Shown: positions 21,066-30,787 of the stretch, piece by piece
Layout: each line of letters starts with the position of its first letter
Position numbering within the stretch: the first letter of the stretch is position 1
Source: an uncultured Flavobacteriales bacterium
GTDB taxonomy: Bacteria; Bacteroidota; Bacteroidia; Flavobacteriales_D; Sanyastnellaceae
Direction: 5' to 3'
DNA length: 64,000 nt
Assembly: GCA_965657965.1 (NCBI GenBank)
Contig: CBFHQM010000010.1
Location: forward strand, 1,078 to 65,077
The notes under the pieces: generated by a model
Databases searched by the model: none
Seen by the model: the letters and a program-made list of their open reading frames with translations, nothing else
Told to the model about the DNA's origin: nothing
Translations under genes and position numbers: made by a program

Positions 21066-21370
21066 TCCCCAGATTTCTTTTCTTCCAAGGTGGTTTCTGC
21101 ATGCCGGCATTTCGGTCTGTTGCCCCTGCAAGCGCGGTCCTTGCCGGTCGGATGTGCCGCCGGTGTTGTGAATCTAGAGAGAGGGTTCACGAAGAGGTCG
21201 CTAGGGACCTTATATGCCTCGCCTCGGCCCATCCAAGTCCGTAGTGTGCACGCCGGACAAAGGCCGTCCAGCAGGACTTGCTTGAAGCGTTGAGGAACCC
21301 AAAATAGAGGCGCACCCGAGCTGGGTTACCTATGAGATGCTGTGCGCCCTTGCGGCACTGTGAAATGGGA

Positions 21371-21985
21371 TCAGAAGAGGCCGTTTAATTCGGCGTCAAC
21401 TTTGGTGATGATCTCACCCAAGTGCTCTGGATTGTTCTCGAAATCCATGTTGTCCACGTTGATCACGAGCACCTTTCCTTTCGTGTAGGTCGAGATCCAA
21501 GCCTCGTAACGCTCGTTTAGGCGATTGAGGTAGTCCAATCGGATAGATTCCTCGTACTCACGGCCGCGTTTTTGAATTTGCTCAACCAAGTGTCCAACGC
21601 TACTTCGGAGGTAGATCAAAAGGTCCGGCGGAGTCACAAACTGCTCCATCAACTCGAACAAACGGAGGAAATTCTCGTGATCTCGTGACGTCATCAAGCC
21701 CATGGACTGAAGGTTGGGGGCGAAGATGTACGCGTCTTCATAAATGGTCCGGTCTTGGGCCATTTTTTGTCCGCTTGACTTCAGCGCGTGGAGCTGAGAA
21801 AAACGGGAAGACAAGAAGTGCACATTCAAGTTGAATGCCCAACGCTGCATGTCTTTATAAAAGTCGTTCAGGTAGGGGTTGTCATCTACACTCTCGTAGT
21901 GAGGTGTGATCTTGTAATGCTGGGCAAGGAGCCGTGTGAGGGTGGTCTTACCAGAACCGATGTTTCCTGCAATCGCGAGGTGCAT
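21371..21985 (-). CDS. Deoxynucleoside kinase
   Basis: MHLAIAGNIGSGKTTLTRLLAQHY...YESVDDNPYLNDFYKDMQRWAFNLNVHFLSSRF shows a P-loop plus the dNK family pattern. The start is ATG 21985. Confidence 0.85.
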   Translation of the reverse strand: MHLAIAGNIGSGKTTLTRLLAQHYKITPHYESVDDNPYLNDFYKDMQRWAFNLNVHFLSSRFSQLHALKSSGQKMAQDRTIYEDAYIFAPNLQSMGLMTSRDHENFLRLFELMEQFVTPPDLLIYLRSSVGHLVEQIQKRGREYEESIRLDYLNRLNERYEAWISTYTKGKVLVINVDNMDFENNPEHLGEIITKVDAELNGLF

Positions 21986-22030
21986 ATCCGTGAGAAGTTG
22001 GGGGGGCAAGGTAGTGGGTCTTGTGCCCAC

Positions 22031-23599
22031 TTACAATGCGCGGGCCACGGAATCCGCATCCTCAGACATGCGATGGGCCGCTTGGACCTCTTTCATCCAC
22101 TTGTTAGACATGGAAAGACGGGGAACCTTGTTCTGTCCGCCGAGTTTTCCTTTACCTCTCAACACCCTTTCAAAGGTGCCTTGTGGATACCACGTTAAGG
22201 CGGGAGGAAGGAGGACAAGGTCGGAGGTACGCTTGGCATCGTAATCTGAGTTCACCTTGCGCAGGTTGAGGTCTAGCGCTTCCGCAAACAGGGATGCATC
22301 TGGCCATTCACCGGATACAGTGCGCGCTTCAATGGCCCAGGCGTGACGCCCAATGGCTTCCCCTGGATTGGATTGTGGCAAGGCACAGGCGGTCCAGTTC
22401 CGGAGTTCGACGCCGAATTGTTTGCCGGTTTTGGCCAGTGCACGTTCCGCATCTCCCACCATCAATTCTTCTCCGGCCAAATTCAAAAACGACCGTGTTC
22501 TGCCGGTCACCTGAATGCGGAAGGGAAGGGTAGAAGTAAAGCGGACGAGGTCTCCGATAACATAGCGGTGCAGGCCGCCATTTGTGGAGATCACCAGGGC
22601 GTAATCCACGCCCACTTCGACTTCGCTCAGTCCAATGGTGGCAGCGAAGGGCTGATTGTCCAGATCGAAGTCTGCAGTAAAGGGGATAAACTCGTAATGA
22701 ATGCCGTAATCAAGCATCAGCAGCATGTCGTCGGCGCCCAATTGGTCTTGGATGCCAAAGAATCCCTCGCTTGCATTGTACGTTTCGATGGTGTGGATCC
22801 CCGGAGGCATCATGCGGTCGAATGCTTCGCGATAAGGGGCAAAGGACACTCCGCCGTGCATGTACATCTGCAAGTGGGGCCAGACCTCTCCGAGATGGCG
22901 CTTGCCCGAGACCTCGAGTATCCGTTCGAGCAGCACTTGGGTCCAGCTGGGTACACCGGCAATGATGCGGACGTCTTGTTCGATGGTGGTGTGGGCCATC
23001 CGCTCGATTTTCTCTTCCCAATCGGACATGAGGGCGATCGCCCGCGCCGGGGTTCTGCGCCATTCACACCACCAAGGAAGGTTGCCGATGATGATGGCGC
23101 TGAGGTCTCCGGTCAATGCGCCATTGTCGGCTTCTTCCGTCCGGCCTGTTCCGCCTACAATCAAGTGGCGCCCACCGTAGAGGCGGGCTTTGGGAACGGC
23201 ATCCACGTACATGGCAAGCAGGTCTTTTCCCCCTTTGTAGTGACATTTCTCTAATGCGTCTTCTGTGACGGGAATGAACTTGCTCTTGTCCGAAGTGGTG
23301 CCCGAAGATTTGGCGTGCCATTTGACCTGGCCGGGCCACAGCACATCAGATTCCCCCTCTCTCACCTGCGAAATCCATGGCTTGAGGGCGTTGTAGTCCC
23401 TCAAGGGAACTTGGCTTCGATAGGCTTCTAGGTTGGTGTTGGGGGTGATTCCGTGCGCTTTGCCAAACTGTGTTTTGGACAGCGCGGCCATGTGGTTTTG
23501 TAAAACTTCGTCTTGGACTTCGATAGGGTATTGACGGAACAAGGCGATCTGGTGAAGTCGCTTTCGAATGAACCAGCTAAAAACAGCATTGACAGGCAT
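22031..23599 (-). CDS. GH3 (auxin-responsive promoter) family acyl-adenylate-forming protein
   Basis: The N-terminus FIRKRLHQIALFRQYPIEVQDEVLQNHMAALSKTQFGKAHG and the overall 522-aa layout are typical of Bacteroidota GH3 proteins. The start is ATG 23599. Confidence 0.8.
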   Translation of the reverse strand: MPVNAVFSWFIRKRLHQIALFRQYPIEVQDEVLQNHMAALSKTQFGKAHGITPNTNLEAYRSQVPLRDYNALKPWISQVREGESDVLWPGQVKWHAKSSGTTSDKSKFIPVTEDALEKCHYKGGKDLLAMYVDAVPKARLYGGRHLIVGGTGRTEEADNGALTGDLSAIIIGNLPWWCEWRRTPARAIALMSDWEEKIERMAHTTIEQDVRIIAGVPSWTQVLLERILEVSGKRHLGEVWPHLQMYMHGGVSFAPYREAFDRMMPPGIHTIETYNASEGFFGIQDQLGADDMLLMLDYGIHYEFIPFTADFDLDNQPFAATIGLSEVEVGVDYALVISTNGGLHRYVIGDLVRFTSTLPFRIQVTGRTRSFLNLAGEELMVGDAERALAKTGKQFGVELRNWTACALPQSNPGEAIGRHAWAIEARTVSGEWPDASLFAEALDLNLRKVNSDYDAKRTSDLVLLPPALTWYPQGTFERVLRGKGKLGGQNKVPRLSMSNKWMKEVQAAHRMSEDADSVARAL

Positions 23600-23600
23600 T

Positions 23601-24038
23601 TCAGTTGGGGTCGATTCGATGGACGTCGTTGTTGGATTCTTCGATGTCGTTTTTGACACCTTGTATTCGGACGGCAATTTGAGCCCAAAGTCCGTCTCCA
23701 CCTTTTCGGGTCAGGGCAAGCAATCGGCCCAGTGCGTCTTCGTCATTGTCTGCCGTCTCCGCCATGTCTGCAAGTATGGGCTGACCATTTTGTCGCAGCC
23801 AGGTTACGGCTTCTTTCTCGCCCTCCGTTCCTAGGAGGAGGGCCATTAAGTGCACATGGCCGTGATGGCGAAGCCATGCGCGCGATGTGGTTTCGTTGCG
23901 CAAGGCATGGCAAAAGACACCCAGCTCGGGAAAGTCGGATCCCATAAGCCAGTCTTGGAGGTTTTCATTGCCAGAGATGGCCTCTGCCCAAGCCAAAAGG
24001 ACTTTGTTCGGGTAGGTTGGGATTTGAGGGGTGTCCAT
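23601..24038 (-). CDS. Hypothetical protein (start uncertain; the ORF is open to 24215)
   Basis: The ORF abuts the GH3 start. I recognise no family. In-frame ATGs occur at 24125, 24074 and 24038. I chose 24038 to leave a divergent promoter gap before the MFS gene. Confidence 0.4.
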   Translation of the reverse strand: MDTPQIPTYPNKVLLAWAEAISGNENLQDWLMGSDFPELGVFCHALRNETTSRAWLRHHGHVHLMALLLGTEGEKEAVTWLRQNGQPILADMAETADNDEDALGRLLALTRKGGDGLWAQIAVRIQGVKNDIEESNNDVHRIDPN

Positions 24039-24141
24039 GAATTCTGAGTGAAGATGCGCCAGTCTTTCGAACATTCGAAACACAACAGGGGCAAGATGGG
24101 TTCCTTTGCATACCCTATCGGGCATTTTGCCTACCTCTTGA

Positions 24142-25368
24142 ATGGCCACGTCCACCAATTCTTTTGCTCCACCTTCTTCTGCAGCCCCATCAGGGACGCA
24201 AGGCAGCGAGCGCATTTATGGCCGGTCGTTTTTTTTCCTCTGCGGGGGAACGGTTTTGTTCATGGCCAGTTTTGGGATGTTGCTGCCGGAGCTTCCTGCC
24301 CATTTGGCTCAGATGGGAGGAGAAGCCTACCTAGGAGGTGTGGTGGGCATGTTCACCCTTGCGGCTTTCCTCTCTCGGTTTGTCAGTGGTCGGATTGCCG
24401 ACCAAGCTGGCCGGAGGAAGGTGATGCTCATCGGCTCTGCCGTCACCGCTCTGGCTGGTTTTGGATACCTCGTGGCCACTTCGGTGGTCGCCTTCATGGC
24501 ATTGCGGTTTTTTCATGGTTTGTCCACGGGGTTTCGCCCTTCGGGCACAAGTGCCATGCTGACCGATCTCATTCCAAAGGCGCGAAGAGGGGAGGCTTTG
24601 GGGTATTTGGGCGTGGCTGGAAATGCGGGCATGGCAACGGGCCCTGCATTGGGGAGTTGGCTCACGGTTGAATTTGGCATCGAGTGGATGTTTGTGGCTT
24701 CGGCAGTTTTGGGCATGCTGAGTTTGGTGGTGACCTTTCCGCTGGAGGAAACCTTGCCCAACGCTCGCCCCGTCCGGAAGTCGGATCTGAACTTGTTTCG
24801 CGGGGCCTTGATCGATCCGCAAGCGTGGCCAGCGGCTTTGCTTTTGTTGCCCATATCGTTCGCGTTTGGGGTTTACCTCACCATCACGCCAGATTTTGTG
24901 GACCACTTGGGATACGTCTACAAGGGGTCTTTCAATACCATTATCGTGGCGAGTTCCATTTCGATGCGGTTGATTGCAGGACGGGTAAGTGACCGCCGGG
25001 GTCGCATTCCCGTGCTTTTGGTCGGAACAGCATTGCTGGTTGTGGGGATGGCTCTGCTCGGGATGGCCACGACCAAGGGGATGGCAACGTTGGGCGCATT
25101 GGTCTATGGAGCCAGTGTGGGCATTAACATGCCCACCATTTTTGCATGGACCGCAGATTTGGCCCAACCAGGAAAAGTGGCTTTGGCTTTGGGAACCATG
25201 TTGATGGCGCTCGAAATCGGAATCGGCGCCGGGGCGGTATTCAGTGGAATGCGGTTTGCTGGAAATGTGGGCAACATCCCGGGATTGTACTACACAGCTG
25301 CTGCTGGGGCTTTGATTGGTGCAATCGCCTTGGTTCCAGCGTATTTGAAGTCGAGGCGATCCATTTGA
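24142..25368 (+). CDS. MFS transporter
   Basis: It has 12 predicted TM-like hydrophobic segments, and the loop 2-3 motif GRIADQAGRRKVMLIG is a typical MFS signature. Confidence 0.8.
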   Translation: MATSTNSFAPPSSAAPSGTQGSERIYGRSFFFLCGGTVLFMASFGMLLPELPAHLAQMGGEAYLGGVVGMFTLAAFLSRFVSGRIADQAGRRKVMLIGSAVTALAGFGYLVATSVVAFMALRFFHGLSTGFRPSGTSAMLTDLIPKARRGEALGYLGVAGNAGMATGPALGSWLTVEFGIEWMFVASAVLGMLSLVVTFPLEETLPNARPVRKSDLNLFRGALIDPQAWPAALLLLPISFAFGVYLTITPDFVDHLGYVYKGSFNTIIVASSISMRLIAGRVSDRRGRIPVLLVGTALLVVGMALLGMATTKGMATLGALVYGASVGINMPTIFAWTADLAQPGKVALALGTMLMALEIGIGAGAVFSGMRFAGNVGNIPGLYYTAAAGALIGAIALVPAYLKSRRSI

Positions 25369-25448
25369 CGACGTCTTCAATAGTGCACCCTTGAAAACCT
25401 CGCCAAACGTCTTGGCGAGAACGCGATGGAGTCTCGTACTTTTTCGAC

Positions 25449-25748
25449 ATGAGCATCAAGGAAATGTCTGTGACCGACGCCACCCAGACCCGCCAAGCCA
25501 TCGAGACGCCAGCAGCAAAAGCGAAGCCCGGCTTGAATTCACCAGAATTGGATGCCAGCCGTCTTCAGGCAGAACGCCGAGAGTTGGCACGTGACTTCGT
25601 CACATTGAAGCACACCATTTCTCAATTGCGGGCCGAGCGAGACCGTTTGGCTGTGGAGAACCGGGACATGCAGATCAGATTGGCCACCGTCGAGACGGAT
25701 TACGCCAATTTATTCTCGTACGTCGAAGGCACGCAGAACCCCGCTTAA
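25449..25748 (+). CDS. Small hypothetical coiled-coil protein
   Basis: This 99-aa ORF lies in an otherwise empty 376-nt gap. It contains a heptad-like stretch, LQAERRELARDFVTLKHTISQLRAERDRLAVENRDMQIRLATVE. Confidence 0.4.
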   Translation: MSIKEMSVTDATQTRQAIETPAAKAKPGLNSPELDASRLQAERRELARDFVTLKHTISQLRAERDRLAVENRDMQIRLATVETDYANLFSYVEGTQNPA

Positions 25749-26629
25749 GCGAGGGTTGCAGAGGACGTCGCCAAGCTGCGGTCCACTTTTTTGAAGAGGC
25801 CTTGTAGCACCTTGCCTGGGCCGACTTCCACCACGTCATCCACACCTGCTGAAATCAACCATTGCATGGTTTGCGTCCAGCGCACGGGCGCGGTCAATTG
25901 CGCGATGAGGTTTTGGCGAATCACCTCGGGGTCAGTTTGCGGTGTCGCCGTGACGTTTTGGACCACTGGACAAGCAGGAGCCTTGAGGTCAGCGGCCTCA
26001 AGAGCAGTGGCCAACCTTTCTCTGGCCGGTTCCATCAATGGGGAGTGAAATGCGCCACCTACAGGGAGAAGAAGCGCGCGACGTGCGCCGGCTTCCTTTA
26101 ATGCGGCACATGCGGTCTCTACAGCAGGAAATTCTCCGCTGATCACGAGCTGTCCCGGGCAGTTGTAATTCGCGGCCACAACAATTCCCTCGGTTTCGCT
26201 GCACACCCGCTCCACGTCGGAATCTTCCATGCCCAAGATGGCCGCCATGGTGGACGGAGTCGCTTCGCATGCGGATTGCATGGCCAACGCACGTTCGCTA
26301 ACCAGTCTCAGCCCTTCGGCAAAGCTCAGGGCGCCTGCCGCCACCAAAGCACTGAATTCACCAAGGCTGTGACCGGCGACAAAGTCAGGGTTGAAGGCCG
26401 CACCCATGCCTTCTGCGGTAATCACCGAGTGAAGGAAAATGGCGGGCTGGGTGACTTTGGTTTGCTTGAGGTCTTCGTCTGAACCCTCAAACATGATGCG
26501 GGCAATGTCGAAGCCCAACACTTCTGAAGCCTCGTTGAATCGGGCTTTGGCGAAGTCGTGCGCATCGTGAAGGTCTTTCCCCATTCCGGAGAATTGTGCC
26601 CCTTGTCCGGGGAATACCATGGCTTTCAT
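25745..26629 (-). CDS. fabD: ACP S-malonyltransferase
   Basis: MKAMVFPGQGAQFSGMGKDL... is followed by the active-site GHSLGEFSALVAAG. The start was set to ATG 26629. Confidence 0.9.
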   Translation of the reverse strand: MKAMVFPGQGAQFSGMGKDLHDAHDFAKARFNEASEVLGFDIARIMFEGSDEDLKQTKVTQPAIFLHSVITAEGMGAAFNPDFVAGHSLGEFSALVAAGALSFAEGLRLVSERALAMQSACEATPSTMAAILGMEDSDVERVCSETEGIVVAANYNCPGQLVISGEFPAVETACAALKEAGARRALLLPVGGAFHSPLMEPARERLATALEAADLKAPACPVVQNVTATPQTDPEVIRQNLIAQLTAPVRWTQTMQWLISAGVDDVVEVGPGKVLQGLFKKVDRSLATSSATLA

Positions 26630-26684
26630 AGCGGCGAAAATAAGGGGGAGGGGGAAGTTGGCAGCGAGGTGGGGTGTGGGGCTC

Positions 26685-27671
26685 TCAAAGCTTGTAAGAA
26701 AAGCCCACAGAAAGGACCTCTTTGAATTGGGTCCCGGGTCCAAATTTGGCCGGTGTGGCGATTCCGCCTTGGTCATCGAGGACCGCGCTCTCTTTTTCTA
26801 GAACCACGTCATCGTCGTAGATCAAATGTGTGCTGATGGTCGTTCGAAGCGATTCGTTGATGGTCAATTCAAGCAGGCCAGTCCAGTTCACGTCTATGTT
26901 GCCTGGCTGGTTCATGTAATTTGAGAACAGGTCCACTTGATGGGTCCACGTGACATTCTCCATAAGGGTCATTTTGAGGTTCCATCGGATGTAGCCACCG
27001 AGTTCGAGTCGGGTGCTTTGACCCGCACCCACGCCGAATGCACCTGCTGCAGCCAATGTATCGTCCAAGAGAACGGTGAGTTTGCCTGTGACTGGCGCAA
27101 CAAAGAAATGCTGATTCTCTCCTTTTTTTGGGGCAAAACCAGCGGCTGCGACCAGATATCCGGGCGACAGAAAGTCCGAGATGCGCTGGTCTTTGTCGGG
27201 GACGCCTCCCACCACAGCATAGCCCGGGAGGAATTGGGTCCGCGCATCGACCAAGGCAGAAAGCCGTCCTCCCCGCAGGCGCGTCTGGATGGCGGAATTC
27301 CACTGCCCACTCAACACCAATCGGTCGTCCGTTTTTCGCCAGGTATCGGATTGATGAAGCAAGCCCAATGCAGCATCCAATGCCCAAGACGTGCTCGAGG
27401 GCCCCTGTTCTTTGGTTTGGCCCATCTGACAAAGTGCCGTGAAGGCCAATGCACTTTCTCCACCACCCGCCCAATTGGCAAGCGAGGTTTGACTCAGGTT
27501 CATGCCCAGTGTTCCGTCGAACGTGGAAAGCGTGTCGGTAGGGTTGTCGTCGACCGTAGTGGTGGCGGCTTCAAGCTTGGGCATGGCGAGTTGCGCCATG
27601 GCACAGGTGGGCAGGGATAGTACCGATGAAAAATATAAGAATGCGACGAAAATCTGTTTTGGAATCATCAA
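26685..27671 (-). CDS. DUF3078-type outer-membrane beta-barrel protein
   Basis: It has a signal peptide, the SLANWAGGGESALAF motif typical of DUF3078, alternating beta-strand-like sequence and a C-terminal ...SVGFSYKL. Confidence 0.7.
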   Translation of the reverse strand: MMIPKQIFVAFLYFSSVLSLPTCAMAQLAMPKLEAATTTVDDNPTDTLSTFDGTLGMNLSQTSLANWAGGGESALAFTALCQMGQTKEQGPSSTSWALDAALGLLHQSDTWRKTDDRLVLSGQWNSAIQTRLRGGRLSALVDARTQFLPGYAVVGGVPDKDQRISDFLSPGYLVAAAGFAPKKGENQHFFVAPVTGKLTVLLDDTLAAAGAFGVGAGQSTRLELGGYIRWNLKMTLMENVTWTHQVDLFSNYMNQPGNIDVNWTGLLELTINESLRTTISTHLIYDDDVVLEKESAVLDDQGGIATPAKFGPGTQFKEVLSVGFSYKL

Positions 27672-27742
27672 CGAATACTTTTAGCCCAAGAATTTGTAGG
27701 CGGTGAGGTGGGGCTAATGTCCGGTGGTAATTTTAGGTGGCC

Positions 27743-28321
27743 ATGCGCTTGTTTCTTTTTCTTTCCACGTGCTTGATGAAGGTCTGCCTGTCCCTTCCTG
27801 TGCATGCGCAGGTCCAAGACTATGCATCAGCCGGCACTGAACTTTGCGACTGCCTTCCTGCAGATTCTTATTTGTTGCTGAAGAAAGTAAAGCACGCGAG
27901 CGGGGTGACCGAAACGAGTTACTTCGCGAATGTGGAGTCCCTGATCACATTCCTCACCGGGTATGGCCATGTGGGTGCGCATGCCCTCAATTTGAATTGG
28001 CCGGCAGACATGGTGGTCGGGTCTGGTGACCTCACTGCGTTGCTCACTGGCTTCAGCATTTATCCTCCATTCGAAGAGACCTTGTGCAGTTGGGAGGTGG
28101 TCAATGTGGCCAGTCATGGTTGGATCATGGAACAGACTGGGGCAGTTGGCTACACCGAAGCGTATGTCCATGAGTCCACATTTGATGAATTCGAAATGGG
28201 GGATGAGACCTACGGACAGTGCATGCTCAATAGTTTCGACCTAGAAATGGTCTATCTGCCTGATTCAGTGGTCCGTTTGACATTTGTCAGGAAGTTTCAA
28301 GGCAATCCGAATATGGATTGA
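27743..28321 (+). CDS. Hypothetical secreted protein
   Basis: ATG 27743 gives MRLFLFLSTCLMKVCLSLPVHAQ, a signal peptide. I recognise no family. Confidence 0.5.
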   Translation: MRLFLFLSTCLMKVCLSLPVHAQVQDYASAGTELCDCLPADSYLLLKKVKHASGVTETSYFANVESLITFLTGYGHVGAHALNLNWPADMVVGSGDLTALLTGFSIYPPFEETLCSWEVVNVASHGWIMEQTGAVGYTEAYVHESTFDEFEMGDETYGQCMLNSFDLEMVYLPDSVVRLTFVRKFQGNPNMD

Positions 28322-28347
28322 GGCCGTTGGACTTGGCTCTTTTTTTT
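28320..28347 (+). terminator. Weak intrinsic terminator candidate
   Basis: There is an imperfect stem, gag(g)cc / ggctc, followed by a T8 run (28340-28347) right after the stop of the 27743..28321 gene. Confidence 0.35.
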
Positions 28348-28399
28348 GAGAAATACCTCATTTAGGGGAGGTGATGTACTCCTGATCTAAAAGAGGTTT

Positions 28400-28439
28400 G
28401 TGGTGCTATTTAGAACTAATCTAAATAAATACGCACCAC
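28400..28439 (+). promoter_or_regulatory. Nested inverted repeat abutting the DUF4856 start codon (candidate operator / translation-masking hairpin)
   Basis: The outer arms are gtggtgc (28400-28406) and gcaccac (28433-28439). The inner AT-rich arms are atttag (28408-28413) and ctaaat (28421-28426). The ATG is at 28440. Confidence 0.3.
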
Positions 28440-29636
28440 ATGAAGATTCAGGTTTTCTCTTTCAGTTTGTTTTTCTCCTTTGCTCTGATTTCATGCAATC
28501 CGGACATTTCTGGGTGCACAGATGAATCAGCAGCGAACTATGATTCTGCAGCCAACGTGGATGACGCGTCCTGCGAATACGACATCGTCGCGCCTGCAGA
28601 ATATGTTTTTGTCGACGACAATGGCAACAGCACCGTCAGTTATTCGGGTCAGCACCAGCGCTTGAATATGTTGAGTGAAATGGTCACCTATATGAAGTCG
28701 GCCAACACGCCAGGAGCGGCCATTGAGGCTTCCGTGTTGTTGAGCATGTATGCCAACGATGGATACGTATGGCTCGATACCGATACCCTGGGAATGACCG
28801 GGTCATCAAAGCAACTCAAAAGCAAAACCGCTGGAGGCGATCCGGCGGTCACCGCCCAATTCGAAGCCTGGATGGCAGAATTAGGTTCGGCAAGTGCAGC
28901 CACGGTTTCTGGCGTGTTCGAGGGAGGGCCTGGCGTTGTTGGTGTCGTGGAAACGACGGGGACAGGTTCTGGCTATTTGCAGTCTGCCACCGGGCAAGAA
29001 TGGGTGCAGTTGATTGAAAAGGGGCTGATGGGGGCTTGTTTCCATTACAACATCAGCTCTGTCTATCTCGGTCCAGACAAAATGGAGGTAGACAATACAA
29101 ATGCAGTCGACCCCGATGCGGGGAAGTACTACACCACCATGGAGCACCATTGGGATGAGGCGTATGGGTACTTCACGGTAGCCACCAATTATCCAGAGGA
29201 GGGGACTGATCGCTTTCTCGGCAAGTATGCATGGAAAAGGGAAGACCCACTGGGTTCTGCCACGAAAATCAGCGATGCCTTTCGACTGGGGCGTGCGGCC
29301 ATTTCTGAGGGCGACATGGACCTGCGGGATGTTCAAATTGAGGTCATTCGTTATGAACTGGAGCGGATGTTGGGTGGCACAGCGATTCACTACTTGAATG
29401 CCGCGATCACCGATATCGCCGAAGACTCACGTAGAAATCACGAGCTCAGCGAGGCCATGGCGTTCATGCAGGCTTTGGTGTATGCCGACACCCCCGCAGT
29501 GAACCAACAAGATGTAGACGAAGTCATGAATGCCCTTGGCGCTGACTTTTACAATGTCACGGCGACATCTATGGCCGCAGCACGTGACCTGTTGGCCCAG
29601 AAATTGGGGTTGACCGAATTTGTTGGCCAACTCTGA
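28440..29636 (+). CDS. DUF4856-type lipoprotein
   Basis: The lipobox is FALISCN. It is about 400 aa and carries ...YSGQHQRLNMLSEMVTYMK.... Its position upstream of the imelysin and TonB-receptor genes is the usual DUF4856 context. Confidence 0.65.
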   Translation: MKIQVFSFSLFFSFALISCNPDISGCTDESAANYDSAANVDDASCEYDIVAPAEYVFVDDNGNSTVSYSGQHQRLNMLSEMVTYMKSANTPGAAIEASVLLSMYANDGYVWLDTDTLGMTGSSKQLKSKTAGGDPAVTAQFEAWMAELGSASAATVSGVFEGGPGVVGVVETTGTGSGYLQSATGQEWVQLIEKGLMGACFHYNISSVYLGPDKMEVDNTNAVDPDAGKYYTTMEHHWDEAYGYFTVATNYPEEGTDRFLGKYAWKREDPLGSATKISDAFRLGRAAISEGDMDLRDVQIEVIRYELERMLGGTAIHYLNAAITDIAEDSRRNHELSEAMAFMQALVYADTPAVNQQDVDEVMNALGADFYNVTATSMAAARDLLAQKLGLTEFVGQL

Positions 29637-29663
29637 TTCCGCTCACCTTAGTTTCGCCGTCAG

Positions 29664-30782
29664 ATGCGCAAATTCTTGCCTCTCGTTTCCATTTTGGTCT
29701 TGACTTTTATGGCCAGTGTTTCCTTCATGGGTTGCACGGACATAGATGAAGGAGCGCCCGGTCTTTCTTTTGACCGTGGTTCTCTTCTAAAGGAGTGGGC
29801 AGATCAAACCATTGTCCCGGCCTATGCCCAGTGGCAGGAAAGCACAAGTCAACTCGAGGGCGCAGTGGCGCTTCTTGTGGATGAACCGAATGCTTCTCGC
29901 GTGGAAGCCGCGCGCGAGGCACTCAAAAGCGCTTACGCAAGCTGGCAGTCGGTCGCTACGTTTGATTTTGGTCCAGCATCGGATCGGGCATTGCTGGCTA
30001 CGACCAACACCTTCCCAGTGGACACAGCAGGTGTCGTAGAGGACATCGCGCTCACCAATTGGGCGCCTGGAACACCCTCGAGTTTGAGTCGGATGGGATT
30101 GCCTGCCTTGGATTACTTGCTCTTCTCGGAAGCAGATGCGAATGGGGTGGCGCAAGGGTTAAGTGAAGCCCCGGAACGTGGACAACACTTGTTGCGTTTG
30201 GTTGGGTTTTTGGCCGAGGAGTCCGGGGCCGTCTCTGCGGCTTGGAATTCGGAGTACCGCGATCAATTTGTCGCGTCGACCGGAACTGAGCTTGGGAGTG
30301 GGTTGGGTGCCACGTTGAATGCTTTCAATCGCACGTTCGAGTCCAATTTGCGCAAACAAAAATTGGGTCTGCCTTCAGGGGTCAGCACGTTTTCTCAAAC
30401 GCCATTGCCCGGTCATGTCGAGGCCCCGTTCGCAGGAGACCTCAGTCTGCACTTGATGAAAGAAGCTTTTCTTTCTTACCGCAACCTCTATCTCGGCGTT
30501 CCCGTTCAGGGAGATGGCACACTCGGCTTAGATGACTATCTAAAAAGTCTGGGCGATGTGCACAGGGGAGCGCAATTGGATGCGGACATCCGCGCTCAGC
30601 TCGATGCGGCGGAAGACGCGCTCGATAGATTGGAATCCCCACTGGCCGAGTTCGTGGTCAACCGCCAAGATCTCACCTTTGAGGCCTATGCAGAGTTGCA
30701 AGGTCTGGTGGTGTTGTGGAAGGTAGACATGATGTCCGCCTTGGGAATCTTGGTGACCTACCAAGACAACGACGGCGATTGA
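29664..30782 (+). CDS. Imelysin-like (Peptidase_M75 fold) lipoprotein
   Basis: The lipobox is SFMGCTD. The family pattern is LLKEWADQTIVPAYAQWQ...AREALKSAYASWQSVATFDFGPA...GLPALDYLLFSE. Confidence 0.75.
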   Translation: MRKFLPLVSILVLTFMASVSFMGCTDIDEGAPGLSFDRGSLLKEWADQTIVPAYAQWQESTSQLEGAVALLVDEPNASRVEAAREALKSAYASWQSVATFDFGPASDRALLATTNTFPVDTAGVVEDIALTNWAPGTPSSLSRMGLPALDYLLFSEADANGVAQGLSEAPERGQHLLRLVGFLAEESGAVSAAWNSEYRDQFVASTGTELGSGLGATLNAFNRTFESNLRKQKLGLPSGVSTFSQTPLPGHVEAPFAGDLSLHLMKEAFLSYRNLYLGVPVQGDGTLGLDDYLKSLGDVHRGAQLDADIRAQLDAAEDALDRLESPLAEFVVNRQDLTFEAYAELQGLVVLWKVDMMSALGILVTYQDNDGD

Positions 30783-30787
30783 TTTTG

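Noticed and set aside
21066-21370. A 305-nt ORF-poor gap between convergent yceI-like and deoxynucleoside kinase genes, checked as a possible ncRNA (SRP, RNase P, tmRNA, 6S).
   Set aside because: None of the conserved signature strings of those RNAs are present. I saw only short 4-5-bp stems and a 10-nt palindrome (atgccggcat, 21101-21110). I cannot support an RNA gene without a covariance-model search, so an Rfam/Infernal scan would be the decisive test.
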